Positions 61,275 through 64,000 of a stretch of 64,000 nucleotides of DNA are shown in pieces; position 1 is the first letter of the stretch, and each line of letters starts with the position of its first letter. Under the pieces are notes generated by a model that searched no databases, was not told the DNA's origin, and worked only from the letters and a program-made list of their open reading frames with translations. Origin of the DNA: Mobula hypostoma (taxonomy: Eukaryota); the NCBI RefSeq assembly GCF_963921235.1, contig NC_086104.1:41354001-41418000 (forward strand), given 5' to 3'. The position numbers and the translations under genes were made by a program.

Positions 61275-62386
61275 TCTTAAGAGAATTCTTAATCGTTTTT
61301 TATTGTCATCAAGGGATTCACTTCCCTCAATTCCTTCACTTCCCTTCATTCTAAAACAATGTATGTTTCCATCTTTTTCTTCACCAGATCAGATCTGATC
61401 CAATCTTTTTCTTGATCAGCAAAAGTTCGTTAAACTTTTGAGGTTTTCTCCTCACCCAAGTGGTGTCATGTTGTCTCTCAATGCTTGATGCCACACTCTT
61501 TTAAGCTGCCCACTTGCCTTTCAGTCCCTTCAAAAAGGCCAACCCAGCCAACCTCTGCTGGATCCTGCCCAATTCCCCCAAGGTTACCCTGCTTCAGTTC
61601 AGGAAGCCGTAGACCTATCCTATCCTTTCCTGCGCCGTCTGAGAACTGATAGAATTAGAGTCACCAGAGCCAAAGTGCTTCTTGCCCTGCCTTGTTCCCA
61701 AAGAGGAGGACAGTTCCTTTGTTTTTGCTGACTTTGAGGTAAAGGTTGATATCTTGACACCCTGTCATAATGCTTTCTATCTCCTTCCTGCCAGAAATAT
61801 TTTTAAAGATGCACACCAAGGTTAATTTTCAGATGGCGTTGGTTTACTAGGAGTTAATTGCATTCCTTTATTTAAGTTTTAGTTGCAGTATTATTTGATC
61901 AAAGTCCTTTATTTTAACCCTGCAGCAAGCTGTTGCTTTCATCCTATTTCAACTGGAAATTTGAATGACATTTTGCAGAATAACCTCCAATGTCCTTGTG
62001 GAGTGGTCATAGCTAATATTAAATGTTCATTTCACTTCATTGATAATATCGAAGCTTAGCTATTTTTTTATGTCAGAAGATGTTTCCTTGCTCTGGTTTG
62101 AAAAAGTTTCATGGAATAGAAGTGATTATCCATTTCAGATCACAAGGAGACACCAGTATGAAAGCCCAAGCTTTGCTCTGTTAACCTGAAATGATCAAAA
62201 TCTCTGCTCTCTCCATTGATTCCATTATGCTCTGAGGCCAAATGTTGTTTGATAACATTTGACTACTGTACCTTGAAATATTGTGCTTTATTAAAGGTGC
62301 CATTTAAATGAAATGCTGCATTTGTCTAATTGGATTTTGGGAGAGAAACAGTTGAAATAAAAATAATTTGTATATTTTTTTCCAAG

Positions 62387-62537
62387 GTGGCCTTGGGTTT
62401 GCTCATACATTATTCTTCTATCTGAAATATCTGCTGCTTTATGGCATTCCATCAATTATCATGTATCTGGATGGTATTGAAGCACCAAGATTGCCAAGGT
62501 GCACCAGCAGCCTGTACAGTTTTACAGGAACATGGAG
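62387..62537 (+). CDS. HHAT: HHAT coding exon (151 nt; GGLGFAHTLFFYLKYLLLYGIPSIIMYLDGIEAPRLPRCTSSLYSFTGTWR)
   Basis: tttttttccaAG acceptor and GTaaat donor, phase 1 to 2. Contains FFY.KY...G.P, LDG..P.LPRC and SFTG.WR. Not present in the supplied ORF track. Confidence 0.95.
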
Positions 62538-63214
62538 GTAAATTATATACAGTACTTTTTTTTGTTGAAAGTGAAGGTTAAGAATGAAATGGTGTTCTTG
62601 TTGAGGCAGTTGCTTCATTCACTTTATTGTCCTTTAACGCAAGACTGGATCTTGCTGAATGGAAGGTACAACTGAGAGTCCTCAGATGTATCTGAAGTAT
62701 TGTCCAGTACTTCTAGATGATATGATATTGACTCTGAACTAGATGAGGAGATACTAGGGAAAATTGCTAAAATATTAATAGGGAAAGAGGCTTTAAAGAA
62801 TTGAAGGAAGAAATAGTTAAAAAGGTAGATATTGAGGGGGGAATCCCATAGCTTAGGGTCTTGTCAACAGAAAGCATGATTGGTGATGGTGAAGCAATTA
62901 AATTCTACAGATGTCAATTTATAGAGGTGGAACAGATTACAGAAGTAGGGACAGGTGAAACCATGGAAGAGTTTGGAAAACAAAAATCTTGAGAATTTTT
63001 AATTCCAGGGAAGGAAAGTGAATTGACTGTTTTGAATGGGAAGCAGTAAGGAGAGCAGGAACCTATTAGTTGTCATTGATAAGGTCAATGATAATATTGG
63101 AATGGGGAAATAATTGGAGAGGATGAATAGAAGGATTAAGGTGTTTATGATCATGGATTGTTAAGGATTGTATGAAGTTCTATCAGGTGTCCTTTCGTCT
63201 CCAATATTCTGGAG

Positions 63215-63294
63215 CAGGGGTTCCCAGCCTTTTCTCTGTTATGCACCAATACCATTAAGCAGGTGGTCTGTGGACCCCAGGCTGGGAACCCTTG
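63215..63294. mobile_element. 80-bp hAT-Charlie MITE
   Basis: 16-bp TIR caggggttcccagcct / aggctgggaacccttg (15/16). Flanks ttctggag / ctcttgag (6/8), a decayed 8-bp TSD. Confidence 0.85.
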
Positions 63295-64000
63295 CTCTTG
63301 AGTAAATATCCCAAGTTTGTCCAATTAACATATGCTGACTATTCCAGCCAGTTTCCGGGTCACTGTCTTCTGTGCCCTCGCTAATGCCACCATTTTCTAA
63401 TGGGGTGACCAAAGTTGCATGCAATACTCCAGATGTGACCCAACTGGAATTTTATAAATCTGAAACAAGGCTTCCTGACTCTTGACATCAAAGCAAACAT
63501 AATTCTAATAGAATGGTGTCTCTGTCTCTCTCACTCTCTCTCTTAAAAAATTAGATCACACTTGCTATTCTCCAATCTGCAGGGACCACTTTTGAAGTTA
63601 ATAGTGGCAGCATCCACTCTTGCTATAACTAACCTGTTTCAGAACAGTAGAACATCAGGTCCTTGGGAATCAGTGGAATTGTGGAAGATGATGGTGTCTA
63701 TCCCAAGCGATGATGGTGGCCTCAGAATGAATGTTTCCTTGCTTATAAGCAGCAAATTGTAATTTCAACATAATTTATTGAAGGCATTGCTTGAAAAGGA
63801 AAATTTGTGCATTTGTCAATTCAAACTAGTTATCACAATGCTCCATGCTAGTCTAATGTCAGTTGCCTGCATTCAAAAGCAGTCTCTTGATGGTCCCCCC
63901 TCAGCTGACACAGGTGGGCTGTGAATACCTCGTCACAGCTGCAGGCCCTTTGAGTCAATGACCCTTAAAAAAAAGAGAGAACTTGATTGCTTGTTCATTG

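Larger units (their letters stand above)
59393..61700 (-). mobile_element. Old CR1 LINE fragment hosting the HERO-like insertion
   Basis: HPSILREV.EEI.EAL..IF...GEVPEEWK..LFKKG.KDKPGNFRPVNLTS on the minus strand; CR1-like sequence resumes after 61275. Confidence 0.75.

Noticed and set aside
1-64000. CRISPR arrays, operons, rRNA or prokaryotic systems
   Set aside because: No repeat-spacer arrays or gene-dense regions; the window is spliced vertebrate gene sequence with TEs.

Overview
Vertebrate nuclear DNA. The repeat content (CR1, Rex1/Babar, Penelope, Tc1, hAT) suggests a cartilaginous fish, probably a ray; that assignment is inference. The window covers part of one + strand gene, hedgehog acyltransferase (HHAT, MBOAT family). 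Six coding exons are visible: 27611-27678, 29165-29278, 32649-32843, 39529-39744, 42297-42468 and 62387-62537. All have AG/GT boundaries and splice in frame. The 3' exons carrying the catalytic His lie beyond the window, and the true first coding exon was not confidently found. The rest is intron densely filled with often nested transposable elements: CR1 and Rex1/Babar LINEs, a Mag-type Gypsy element, a possible solo LTR, two Tc1 elements, two hAT elements plus a MITE, Penelope-like elements carrying minimal hammerhead ribozymes, and an RLE-type (HERO-like) LINE. Most notable observations: (1) a hammerhead-like motif with unusual strand order in the 3' UTR of the HERO-like LINE (61098-61172); (2) an intact sense-strand Penelope hammerhead inside an inverted repeat about 200 nt upstream of an HHAT exon; (3) a telomeric TTAGGG patch at a deletion junction in the Gypsy LTR. 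Nearly all ORFs in the supplied track are TE remnants or spurious.
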